This document shows positions 18,386-26,589 of a DNA stretch of 40,115 bases, in pieces (within the stretch, counting starts at the first letter, position 1; every line of letters starts with the position of its first letter). The stretch lies in assembly GCA_031977515.1 (NCBI GenBank), contig DALZBD010000001.1, positions 1-40,115 of the forward strand, read 5' to 3'. Below the pieces are notes generated by a model. The model saw only the letters and a list, made by a program, of their open reading frames with translations, made no database searches and was not told the DNA's origin. The position numbers and the translations under genes were made by a program. This DNA is from Bacteroides sp. (GTDB lineage Bacteria; Bacteroidota; Bacteroidia; Bacteroidales; Bacteroidaceae).

Positions 18386-18426
18386 ACGATCTATCTGACA
18401 CCCCTTCAGGGTTACAGATAGATTGT
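18386..18426. repeat. REP-like hairpin
   Basis: ACGATCTATCTG / CAGATAGATTGT arms around a CCCTTCAGGG core. Confidence 0.55.
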
Positions 18427-18514
18427 GTATATAACAATAATATTCCAACTACTGGAGGGACCAACCCAAATACGCCCGTCCCCATTATTAATAATTAAAA
18501 TCATTTTCACACAA

Positions 18515-18895
18515 ATGGAAATAAAAGGAAAATTTGACCACTTTAACATCAACGTCACAGACCTGGAGCGAAGCATTGCTTTCTACAATAAAGCTTTAGG
18601 TTTAAAAGAATGTAAACGCAAAGAGGCTGCCGACGGCTCATTTATTCTGGTCTATCTGACAGACAACACGACCGGATTTCTTCTGGAACTTACCTGGCTC
18701 CGGGATCATCCGAAGTCCTATGAATTGGGTGAGAATGAAAGCCACCTGTGCTTCCGGGTAGAAGGAGACTACGACGAAATACACCGTTTTCACAAGGAAA
18801 TGGATTGTGTTTGTTATGAAAATACAGAGATGGGCCTCTATTTTATCAACGACCCGGATGATTACTGGATCGAGATCCTGCGTCTGAAGAAATAA
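18515..18895 (+). CDS. VOC/glyoxalase I-family protein
   Basis: HFNINVTDLERSIAFY, LELTW, HLCF and FINDPDDYWIE motifs; start MEIKG at 18515. Confidence 0.9.
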   Translation: MEIKGKFDHFNINVTDLERSIAFYNKALGLKECKRKEAADGSFILVYLTDNTTGFLLELTWLRDHPKSYELGENESHLCFRVEGDYDEIHRFHKEMDCVCYENTEMGLYFINDPDDYWIEILRLKK

Positions 18896-18917
18896 ATAAA
18901 AGAGTTTCCAGATAAAT

Positions 18918-18965
18918 ATCCCTGGCTTCTTTACTTTACCAGTAAGAAGTCAGGGATTATTTTTT
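18918..18965 (+). terminator. Terminator after the VOC gene
   Basis: ATCCCTGGCTTCT / AGAAGTCAGGGAT stem followed by a T-rich tail. Confidence 0.65.
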
Positions 18966-19042
18966 AAGGCAGCATAATTTCAACGGGAAATTAATGATAA
19001 ACCATACAGATAAAGAATAAAATCAAAAATGTCTCTATACGA

Positions 19043-19105
19043 TCTTACTTCAACGTTCCGATTTGATAATATTCTGAATAATGGTCATGGCCATAGGGAA
19101 TAATC
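19043..19105 (-). repeat. 63-bp repeat, right (inverted) copy
   Basis: Reverse complement matches 16868-16930 with one mismatch. Confidence 0.95.
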
Positions 19106-19192
19106 GTATATCACAACGTACCTCTGTGTTAATAATCAGATAAGGGTCATGACGAAAGAATAAATCTGTAAATCGTAAATACTCTCCTGTCT

Positions 19193-19384
19193 TTATCTTT
19201 TCTTTCTGTTGGCACGCTTACGACGGATCTCAGCCTTCATCTTCGCAGCCCCCGAATTGTGCTGACCACGTATATAAGTCGCCTTTTTAGCTTTGGTCTT
19301 CACCTTCTTTTCGTCTTTGCCGTCGCCCTCTTTCTTTCCTTTGAGAACTACACCGCCGCCTTCTATTATATCCTGTAAGTTCAT
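19193..19384 (-). CDS. Small basic hypothetical protein
   Basis: 63-aa Lys/Arg-rich ORF with its own -7 element TATCTTTG (minus strand, 19407-19414) and an A-rich initiation region. Confidence 0.7.
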   Translation of the reverse strand: MNLQDIIEGGGVVLKGKKEGDGKDEKKVKTKAKKATYIRGQHNSGAAKMKAEIRRKRANRKKR

Positions 19385-19406
19385 GATCTCTTTTTATTTT
19401 TATTTG

Positions 19407-19442
19407 CAAAGATAAGGGTTTTCAACGAAATACCTATCTTTG
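19407..19442. promoter_or_regulatory. Divergent Bacteroidetes -7 promoter elements
   Basis: TATCTTTG on the minus strand (19407-19414) and on the plus strand (19435-19442). Confidence 0.65.
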
Positions 19443-19467
19443 CCCCTTCTCAACAGATACATAACCT

Positions 19468-20199
19468 ATGAATACAGCCATTCTCACTGCCGACAAAGAC
19501 CCTATGGGAGCAGCCATCTCAGAATATCACTCTCACGGAAAAGCCGGAAAGCTACGGGTATTCTCTTCGCAATTCGATGAAGACGGAATCCCTGTACGCC
19601 AACTCTTCCGCAAACCGACACAAATGCCCTTAAGCGAACGTACGGCCCTGCAACTGGCCACGGGTCGGGTACTGGACGTGGGGGCCGGTAGTGGTTGTCA
19701 TGCATGGGCACTGCAAGAGGCAGGAAAAGAGGTATGTGCCATAGACATTTCGCCCTTGTCTGTAGAGGTCATGCGGCAACGGGGAATCAAAGACGTCAGA
19801 TTGATCAACCTTTTCGATACGCAACTGATCGGAACTTTCGATACCATCCTGTTGCTGATGAACGGATCAGGTATCATCGGTAAGCTTTCCAACCTGCCTG
19901 CCTTTTTCCTCAAGATGAAACAATTGCTGGCTCCCGGGGGAAGTATACTGATGGACTCCACCGACCTGCGTTACCTTTACGAAGACGAAGACGGTAGCTT
20001 TGTGATCGACCTGGCAGCAGATTACTACGGAGAAGTGGATTTCCGTATGCAATACAAAGACATACAGGGTGAGCCTTTCGACTGGCTGTACATTGACTTT
20101 CAGACACTGGATCTGTATGCTGCGGAGAACGGATTCAAAGCAGAGATGATCTGCGAAGGTAATCATTATGATTACCTGGCGAGGCTTTCTCTGCGCTGA
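19468..20199 (+). CDS. Class I SAM-dependent methyltransferase
   Basis: VLDVGAGSG, AIDISP and FDTILLL motifs. Confidence 0.9.
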   Translation: MNTAILTADKDPMGAAISEYHSHGKAGKLRVFSSQFDEDGIPVRQLFRKPTQMPLSERTALQLATGRVLDVGAGSGCHAWALQEAGKEVCAIDISPLSVEVMRQRGIKDVRLINLFDTQLIGTFDTILLLMNGSGIIGKLSNLPAFFLKMKQLLAPGGSILMDSTDLRYLYEDEDGSFVIDLAADYYGEVDFRMQYKDIQGEPFDWLYIDFQTLDLYAAENGFKAEMICEGNHYDYLARLSLR

Positions 20200-20288
20200 C
20201 CTGATAATCTATTAAAAGACATTTTCACATTCATTCCGAATGTTTTTTACAACCACTTCCCTATCTTTGCATCTCAATCCTATACAGT

Positions 20289-22097
20289 ATGCAAAGTACA
20301 GACCACATTATATCCCTTTATCAGGAGCGTAGCCGGAAGGCCGGAGAACTACTTCAACAGACGATTCACCAGATCCGCCGGATCAGTATACTGCGGGTAT
20401 GCCTGTTTGTAGCAGGAGTAGCAGGTATCATTGTGTTCAGACATTCTCCCTGGTGGGTGTTACTTTGTATTGCCGCAGTAGCCTTTATTCCCTTTCTGTG
20501 GCTGATCAAATACCACACCAGACTGTTCCACAAAAAGTCCTACCTGGAGCAGTCTCAGAAGGTCAACCAACAAGAGTTGCAAGCCCTGGAACACAATTAC
20601 TCTTCTTTCGACAATGGAAAAGAGTTTGCAGATCCGGCTCATCTCTATACATACGACCTCGATATCTTCGGAGAAAAATCTCTGTTCCAGTACCTCAACC
20701 GTACGGTCACAGAGATGGGAAGAAAGCGACTGGCATCCTGGTTCATTCATCACCTCAGAGAGGGCAAAGAGATCCGGCAGCGCCAGGCAGGCGTTCGCGA
20801 AATTGCCCCTCTGCTGGATATGCGTCAGGAATTTCGTATCCAGGGCCTGCTGCACAAGGGCACGGCAGCAGATGAAGAGCAGTTGCTGGCCTGGGCCAAT
20901 GTCCCCTCCTCTTTCCGTAACCGGCTTATCTGTCGATTGATACCCATCCTCCTCCCTATACTGAATATTCTTGCCTGGGGTATATTTCTTGCCGGATGGA
21001 TACCGATTGGCATCCCGGTCATAGTCTTTGTTGTCTGTGTCCTGATCGCTTCCTTCTTTACCAAACAGATCAGTGTGGTGCTGCAAGCCTATGATCAGAA
21101 ACTGGGCCTTCTTCATACATACGCGGAGTTGTTGCGTATCATTGAGTCACAAACCGCAGAAAGTGACACAGTAAAGTCGATCCGGCAACTTACCGATAAT
21201 GGCAAAGACCTGGCTTCGGAAGCCATTGCCCGGCTTGCCAACGAGATGAATGCCATGGATCAGCGCAACAATATGCTGCTGCTTTTCACATTCAATGGCC
21301 TGATGGGCTGGGAATTGCGTCACATCCTGCGGATCGAGAAATGGAAAGAAGAATATGCTTCCCGCTTTCCGGCCTGGCTGGAAGCTATCGGTCAGATGGA
21401 CGCTCTCTGTTCACCGGCTACTCTGGCATACAATCATCCCGACTACACCTGGCCGCAAATAGCCGATCAGCCTTTCGTAATCCGGGGAAAAGAGATGGGA
21501 CATCCGCTGATGCGACGCACACAATGTGTCCGCAATGATATAGGTATGAACAAACGTCCGGCATTCCTGATCATCACCGGAGCCAATATGGCAGGCAAAA
21601 GTACCTACCTGCGCACGGTAGGTGTCAATTACCTGCTGGCTTGTATCGGTGCGCCGGTATGCGCCTCTTCGTTCGAAATTTATCCGGCTCAGCTGGTCAC
21701 CAGCCTGCGCACTACAGACTCGCTGACCGACAATGAATCTTATTTCTTTGCCGAGCTCAAACGACTGAAACGTATCATCGACATGCTGAGCAACGGCGAA
21801 GAACTCTTCATCATCCTGGACGAAATACTGAAAGGAACTAATTCTACCGACAAGCAGAAGGGATCTTTTGCCCTGATCCAACAATTCATGCGGCTACGTG
21901 CCAACGGCATTATCGCTACGCACGACCTGTTGTTGGGCAAGCTTGCGGAAGAGTTCCCGGAAGAGATACGCAATCACTGCTTCGAGGCGGATATACGCAA
22001 CAATGAACTCACGTTTTCCTATTGTATGCGGGAAGGAGTAGCACAGAACATGAACGCTTGTTTCCTGATGAAGAAGATGGGAATTACAGTAGATTGA
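20289..22097 (+). CDS. Membrane-anchored MutS-like ATPase (MutS domain V)
   Basis: TM segments, ITGANMAGKSTYLR, LDEILKGTNS and IIATHD; no mismatch-recognition domain evident. Confidence 0.88.
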   Translation: MQSTDHIISLYQERSRKAGELLQQTIHQIRRISILRVCLFVAGVAGIIVFRHSPWWVLLCIAAVAFIPFLWLIKYHTRLFHKKSYLEQSQKVNQQELQALEHNYSSFDNGKEFADPAHLYTYDLDIFGEKSLFQYLNRTVTEMGRKRLASWFIHHLREGKEIRQRQAGVREIAPLLDMRQEFRIQGLLHKGTAADEEQLLAWANVPSSFRNRLICRLIPILLPILNILAWGIFLAGWIPIGIPVIVFVVCVLIASFFTKQISVVLQAYDQKLGLLHTYAELLRIIESQTAESDTVKSIRQLTDNGKDLASEAIARLANEMNAMDQRNNMLLLFTFNGLMGWELRHILRIEKWKEEYASRFPAWLEAIGQMDALCSPATLAYNHPDYTWPQIADQPFVIRGKEMGHPLMRRTQCVRNDIGMNKRPAFLIITGANMAGKSTYLRTVGVNYLLACIGAPVCASSFEIYPAQLVTSLRTTDSLTDNESYFFAELKRLKRIIDMLSNGEELFIILDEILKGTNSTDKQKGSFALIQQFMRLRANGIIATHDLLLGKLAEEFPEEIRNHCFEADIRNNELTFSYCMREGVAQNMNACFLMKKMGITVD

Positions 22098-22182
22098 ACG
22101 CTGCTGTTACATTTATATACATAATGTCCTTTTTTTACACCTTGCGGAATCAACTATATACTTACTTTTGCCTTTCAAAGCA

Positions 22183-23016
22183 ATGGATAAGTTTCAGGTC
22201 ATACAGCCCTCAGTATTACTCGCTCCTTATGTAAAGCAATACTGGTTCGTAACGATAGAAGATGTCGCATCGTGTGCGCAGCGTCTTGTTCCGTTTGGTT
22301 GCGCGGCATTGATTTTCTACCGCACTCATAGAAATTGTTCATTACCAACTGGCAACTACCTTGCACAATCCCTTCTCTATGGAATAACCACCGGATATAC
22401 AGATATTATCCTTTCCGGATATATTGATTTTATCAGTATTGTCTTTCAACCCGCAGGTGCAAACCTGTTCTTCCGTATGCCTCTTACGGAACTGAATAAC
22501 AGTTCCATCTCTCTGAATGTGCTCAACGATCCGGAACTACTGGAATTGGAGAAACAACTCAACGGGACAACCGACACTCCGATATGCGTTGCACAGATCG
22601 AACAGTTCTTGCTGCGCCGGCTCTTCCTTCTGAATAAACAGGCTGACCAACGGATCAGTAAAGTGATCGACACCATCGGAAAAGGTGAAACTCAGGTAGA
22701 GCGTCTGGCGGAGAGTGCTAATCTCTGCTACAAACAATTCAAACGCATTTTTACGGAAAGCACCGGAGTAAACCCCAAAGAATTTCTGCAAATCCAGCGT
22801 TTCAGGAAATTACACCATCTGTTGCAAGTACACACAGAGATGTCTATATCCCAATTGGCTTATGAATGCGGATATTACGACAAATCGCATCTGATCAGAG
22901 AACTGAAACAATTTTCAGGATTTACCCCCACTGAACTATCCGAAGCCTGCGATCCGGTCTACTCCGATTACCACGCATTGTTTCGTTCGGCATTTGTAGA
23001 TCTGACTCTCAAATAA
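22183..23016 (+). CDS. AraC-family transcriptional regulator (DUF6597-type N-terminus)
   Basis: PSVLLAPYVKQYW N-terminus, FKRIFTESTGVNPKEF and LAYECGYYDKSHLIRELKQFSGFTP; -7 element TACTTTTG at 22163-22170. Confidence 0.9.
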   Translation: MDKFQVIQPSVLLAPYVKQYWFVTIEDVASCAQRLVPFGCAALIFYRTHRNCSLPTGNYLAQSLLYGITTGYTDIILSGYIDFISIVFQPAGANLFFRMPLTELNNSSISLNVLNDPELLELEKQLNGTTDTPICVAQIEQFLLRRLFLLNKQADQRISKVIDTIGKGETQVERLAESANLCYKQFKRIFTESTGVNPKEFLQIQRFRKLHHLLQVHTEMSISQLAYECGYYDKSHLIRELKQFSGFTPTELSEACDPVYSDYHALFRSAFVDLTLK

Positions 23017-23043
23017 ATCATTTATCACAAACACAGTAATAAC

Positions 23044-24315
23044 ATGAGATCAAATAAAAACCTCCATTCCGGAAATATAAATTGTGACGACTATACCCTG
23101 GTCGATTTCCTGCAATACCGTAGCGACGACCTGTTTGAAGTGGCAGACCATTTCTCTGCTTATCTCCGGGACGCTACCCGGAAAGGCTATATGGTCTATG
23201 GCAACCCCATCTTATCTGCTCCCAAAGCAGAATTTGAGGTCTATGACAATTACACGGGAAAAGAACGCAACTTTCTCAACTTTTGCTCTTATAACTATCT
23301 GGGCTATTCCTGTCATCCGAAAGTGATCCGTGAAGTACAAAATACACTGACAAAGTATGGAACAGGCGCAGTTTCGGCTCCCCTGCTGAGTGGATATTAC
23401 GATCTGTCGAACCAATTGGAAAGTTCTATCGCTGCCTTTAAGAAAAAAGAAGACGCTGTCCTTTTCCCTACCGGATACGGTGCCAACCTCGGTGTTCTTT
23501 CCTGTCTGCTCAGACCTGGGGATGTAGCGATCCTGGATATTCTTGCGCATGCTTCTATCTATGACGGTGTACGACTGGCGGGAGCAGACATCAAGGTATT
23601 CAGTCACAACAATGCCGATCATCTGGAAAGAATTCTCAAAGAATTGAAGACCCGTCGGGTCATTGTTTGCATAGAAGGAGTATACAGTATGGATGGCGAT
23701 CTGGTCAAGCTACCGGAGATAGTTGCCGTATGCAAAAAATACGGTGCAAAAATCTTATTAGACGAAGCACACTCTACTCTTATCTTCGGAGAAAATGGCC
23801 GGGGAGTTGCCGAACATTACGGACTGGAAGATCAGATAGACCTGACCATCGGTACCTTCAGCAAGTCTTTCGGTGCCATCGGTGGATTTGCGACCGGCCA
23901 GGCAAGACTGATATCTTTCCTGCGAATGTATGCACGTTCCTATGTATTCTCATGTGCCATGGCCCCTCATACGGCAGCAGGCATACTCAAAGTCCTGGAG
24001 ATATATGAGAATGATAAATCAGAGCGGGTAAAACTATGGGAGAATACAGGATATATGCAAAACAGGCTGAAAGAAGCCGGACTGGATACAGGAGAAACTC
24101 AATCGCAGGTAATTCCTGTGATCGTAGGTCACGACCGACGCTTGCGGGAGATCAGTCGTTACATCCACAAACAGGGACTTTATACCGGAGTGGTCACTTT
24201 TCCTGCCGTATCGGGCAAACGGACCCGGTTGCGTCTTTCCATGTCATCCAACCATACCATCGAACAAATGGATACCTGTACAGACATTATAAAAGATGCT
24301 TTCAATAAGTATTAA
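23044..24315 (+). CDS. PLP-dependent alpha-oxoamine synthase (SPT/BioF/Kbl family)
   Basis: NFCSYNYLG, FPTGYGAN, HASIYDG, EGVYSMDGD, DEAH, GTFSKS (PLP lysine) and RLRLS motifs. Confidence 0.9.
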   Translation: MRSNKNLHSGNINCDDYTLVDFLQYRSDDLFEVADHFSAYLRDATRKGYMVYGNPILSAPKAEFEVYDNYTGKERNFLNFCSYNYLGYSCHPKVIREVQNTLTKYGTGAVSAPLLSGYYDLSNQLESSIAAFKKKEDAVLFPTGYGANLGVLSCLLRPGDVAILDILAHASIYDGVRLAGADIKVFSHNNADHLERILKELKTRRVIVCIEGVYSMDGDLVKLPEIVAVCKKYGAKILLDEAHSTLIFGENGRGVAEHYGLEDQIDLTIGTFSKSFGAIGGFATGQARLISFLRMYARSYVFSCAMAPHTAAGILKVLEIYENDKSERVKLWENTGYMQNRLKEAGLDTGETQSQVIPVIVGHDRRLREISRYIHKQGLYTGVVTFPAVSGKRTRLRLSMSSNHTIEQMDTCTDIIKDAFNKY

Positions 24316-24359
24316 GAGTCTGTTCAATTTTTCTGCGGAAAATCAAAACAGACTCTTAA
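24312..24359. repeat. Short inverted-repeat element overlapping a stop codon
   Basis: TTAAGAGTCTGTT (24312-24324) and AACAGACTCTTAA (24347-24359) are perfect 13-bp arms. Confidence 0.7.
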
Positions 24360-24725
24360 AGTTCATCATCTGACAAACTTGTATCCTTCCGGAAAATGAC
24401 AGAATTCCATATAGAAATATGGTAACGCAATCACTGATTTCTCGACAATAAGGTCTATCCTCTATCCTCTCTTTTCCATCTGCCATATATACATTATTTT
24501 GTATTTAAGGATCATTTATCCCCTTGTTTTTCATAATATATTCTAAACTTTTTCTATAATTATTATTTACCTGCAACCTTTTTTCATTTAAATTGTAATA
24601 GTGAATAATTTATTCTAAAAAGAAGCTGTTCTCATTTTGCTCATTTTTTATAACGAAGGAAGTTCTGAGAAATAAGGAAGCAAAACCCGGACAGATTCTT
24701 AGTCTTAACTTAAACTTTACAGACA

Positions 24726-26495
24726 ATGGATGATGTTACGAAAAGGATCCAGGATACGATAGAAAGTATACCGGACCACGATCTGTACTCGCAGGGAGAT
24801 GCTCAGGCTGCTACCGAGGATGCCCAGAGAAAAGCGTACAGACTCCAGCATGGGTATGATGAGAGATCTCACGAATCTCACTGGGGCCATATGCAGGAAG
24901 ATCTGCAAGCTCTCAAAGATCAAGAGGAAAGAGCAGGCAGCAAAAAGAGTGCTTCAAAAAAAGGTGCAGCTACCAGAAGCCGAAAAACCACAGCCTCTCA
25001 GACTGGTACCGGCAGTAGCACATCCGTAAGAAAGACCACATCTGCCGTCGGAAAGAAATCAACAGCCACGTCTGCCCGTACTACAGGTACACAGGCCAAG
25101 GCTACAAATAAAGAAACCAAACTTATTACTCCTATGAAGAAATCTACAAAAGCAACTCCTGCTACCAAAGCAGAAACCGCAAAAAGTAACCGCAAAGCCG
25201 CTACCAGCGCTACAGCTAAAGGATCTGCTCCTAAAGCTACCCGCAGTACTTCCAAACCGGCTATCAGCGCTCCCAAAGCAACCATCAACCGTAAGAATGC
25301 AACTACAGCTGCAACTACTACGGCTAAAGCAAAGGCCGCAACCTCCAAAACGGGTGCTACCAAGGCTACATCCCGTAAAGCAACTACCGCCCAAAGTCGT
25401 ACTACAGCAACTGCTAAGCCTAAAGCTACTGCAGCTAAAACCAAAACGGCTCCTAAAGCTGCTAAAACAGCTACGACCAAAGCGCTTACTCCAAAGAGAA
25501 GTACTACGAGATATGCTGCTGCCAGTGCCGCACCGGCAACTGTGACCCGAACTGCTCCTATCCGCAGCAGATCGACAGCCAAAGCAACTTCTTCCAAAGC
25601 TACTCCAGCTAAGGCCAGCGCTACTAAATCTGCTCCTGCAAAAGCTACCACAGCCCAAGCAAGATCAGTGGCAACCAAGCCTGCAGCAAGTACAAGATCT
25701 GCTTCTGCAAAAACAAAAACCACAGCAGCCAAGGCAAAAACCAGTGCTACCAAAGCAAAAGCCACATCTGCAAAAGCTGCCAACACTAAAAGTGCGACAG
25801 CTAAAACTGCTGCTGCAAAAACAAAAGCTACAGCCAGCAAAACCCGGTCTGCCAAAGCCGCTTCAAGCAGAACTACTGCAAGCAAAGCAACGACCAGCAA
25901 GGCCAAAAGTACCTCTGCAACCAAAGCTGCTGGAAAAACCACAGCTAAAAAAAGTGTAGCTTCTGCATCTAAAGCAACTTCCAAAGCTGCTCCGAAAACA
26001 AAAGCGACTTCTCAGACGAGAGCAACTGCGAAGAAAACAGCCACGAAATCCCAGGCCGCAACCAAAGCTACCGGCAGCCGGACTACAGCATCAAAATCCG
26101 GATCTGCTGCTCCGAAAGCAACAGCTACAAAAACTGCCAGTCGTACCAAAGCTGCAACAGCAAAAACAACAACTGCCGGATCGGCAAAAAGTACTTCCGG
26201 TACTTCAACAGCAAAAAACACTGCTACCAAAAAGCAAACAGCAACTCCTTCCCGCAGTACAACTACCACGAAACGCAAAGCCACCCGTAAATCCATAGCT
26301 GCAAGTGGCCCTGCTACGGAACCAGGTAAAGAATTGTTGGGAATCAAAACAACTTCTTCAAAGAAGAGTTCGGGTAAAGCTGTAACAAAAAATATGGCAA
26401 CAGATAGTGACAAGAACATCACAAAAACTCCGGATAAAGTTTCGTCGGCCAAGTCTTCCAAAAGAAAAAAAGAAGTGGAACTGGAACTGATCTGA
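24726..26495 (+). CDS. Histone H1-like, Ala/Thr/Lys/Ser-rich low-complexity basic protein
   Basis: Uninterrupted 589-codon ORF with an AT-rich leader and a terminator. About 70 acidic N-terminal residues are followed by ~460 residues of KA/KT/PKA-type repeats. Confidence 0.8.
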   Translation: MDDVTKRIQDTIESIPDHDLYSQGDAQAATEDAQRKAYRLQHGYDERSHESHWGHMQEDLQALKDQEERAGSKKSASKKGAATRSRKTTASQTGTGSSTSVRKTTSAVGKKSTATSARTTGTQAKATNKETKLITPMKKSTKATPATKAETAKSNRKAATSATAKGSAPKATRSTSKPAISAPKATINRKNATTAATTTAKAKAATSKTGATKATSRKATTAQSRTTATAKPKATAAKTKTAPKAAKTATTKALTPKRSTTRYAAASAAPATVTRTAPIRSRSTAKATSSKATPAKASATKSAPAKATTAQARSVATKPAASTRSASAKTKTTAAKAKTSATKAKATSAKAANTKSATAKTAAAKTKATASKTRSAKAASSRTTASKATTSKAKSTSATKAAGKTTAKKSVASASKATSKAAPKTKATSQTRATAKKTATKSQAATKATGSRTTASKSGSAAPKATATKTASRTKAATAKTTTAGSAKSTSGTSTAKNTATKKQTATPSRSTTTTKRKATRKSIAASGPATEPGKELLGIKTTSSKKSSGKAVTKNMATDSDKNITKTPDKVSSAKSSKRKKEVELELI

Positions 26496-26521
26496 TAAAC
26501 AGAGTTCAGACGAACCAAATG

Positions 26522-26564
26522 AAAACAGCGGTTTTTGCCATTTATAAGCAAAACCGCTGTTTTT
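26522..26564. terminator. Bidirectional terminator
   Basis: AAAACAGCGGTTTT / AAAACCGCTGTTTT stem between the convergent H1-like gene and uxuA. Confidence 0.8.
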
Positions 26565-26589
26565 ATTTCCTATTATCTACATACTACCT

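Noticed and set aside
24998..26551. Long hydrophobic antisense ORFs (328, 199 and 179 aa)
   Set aside because: Shadows of the GCN/ACN/AAA codon bias of the H1-like gene.
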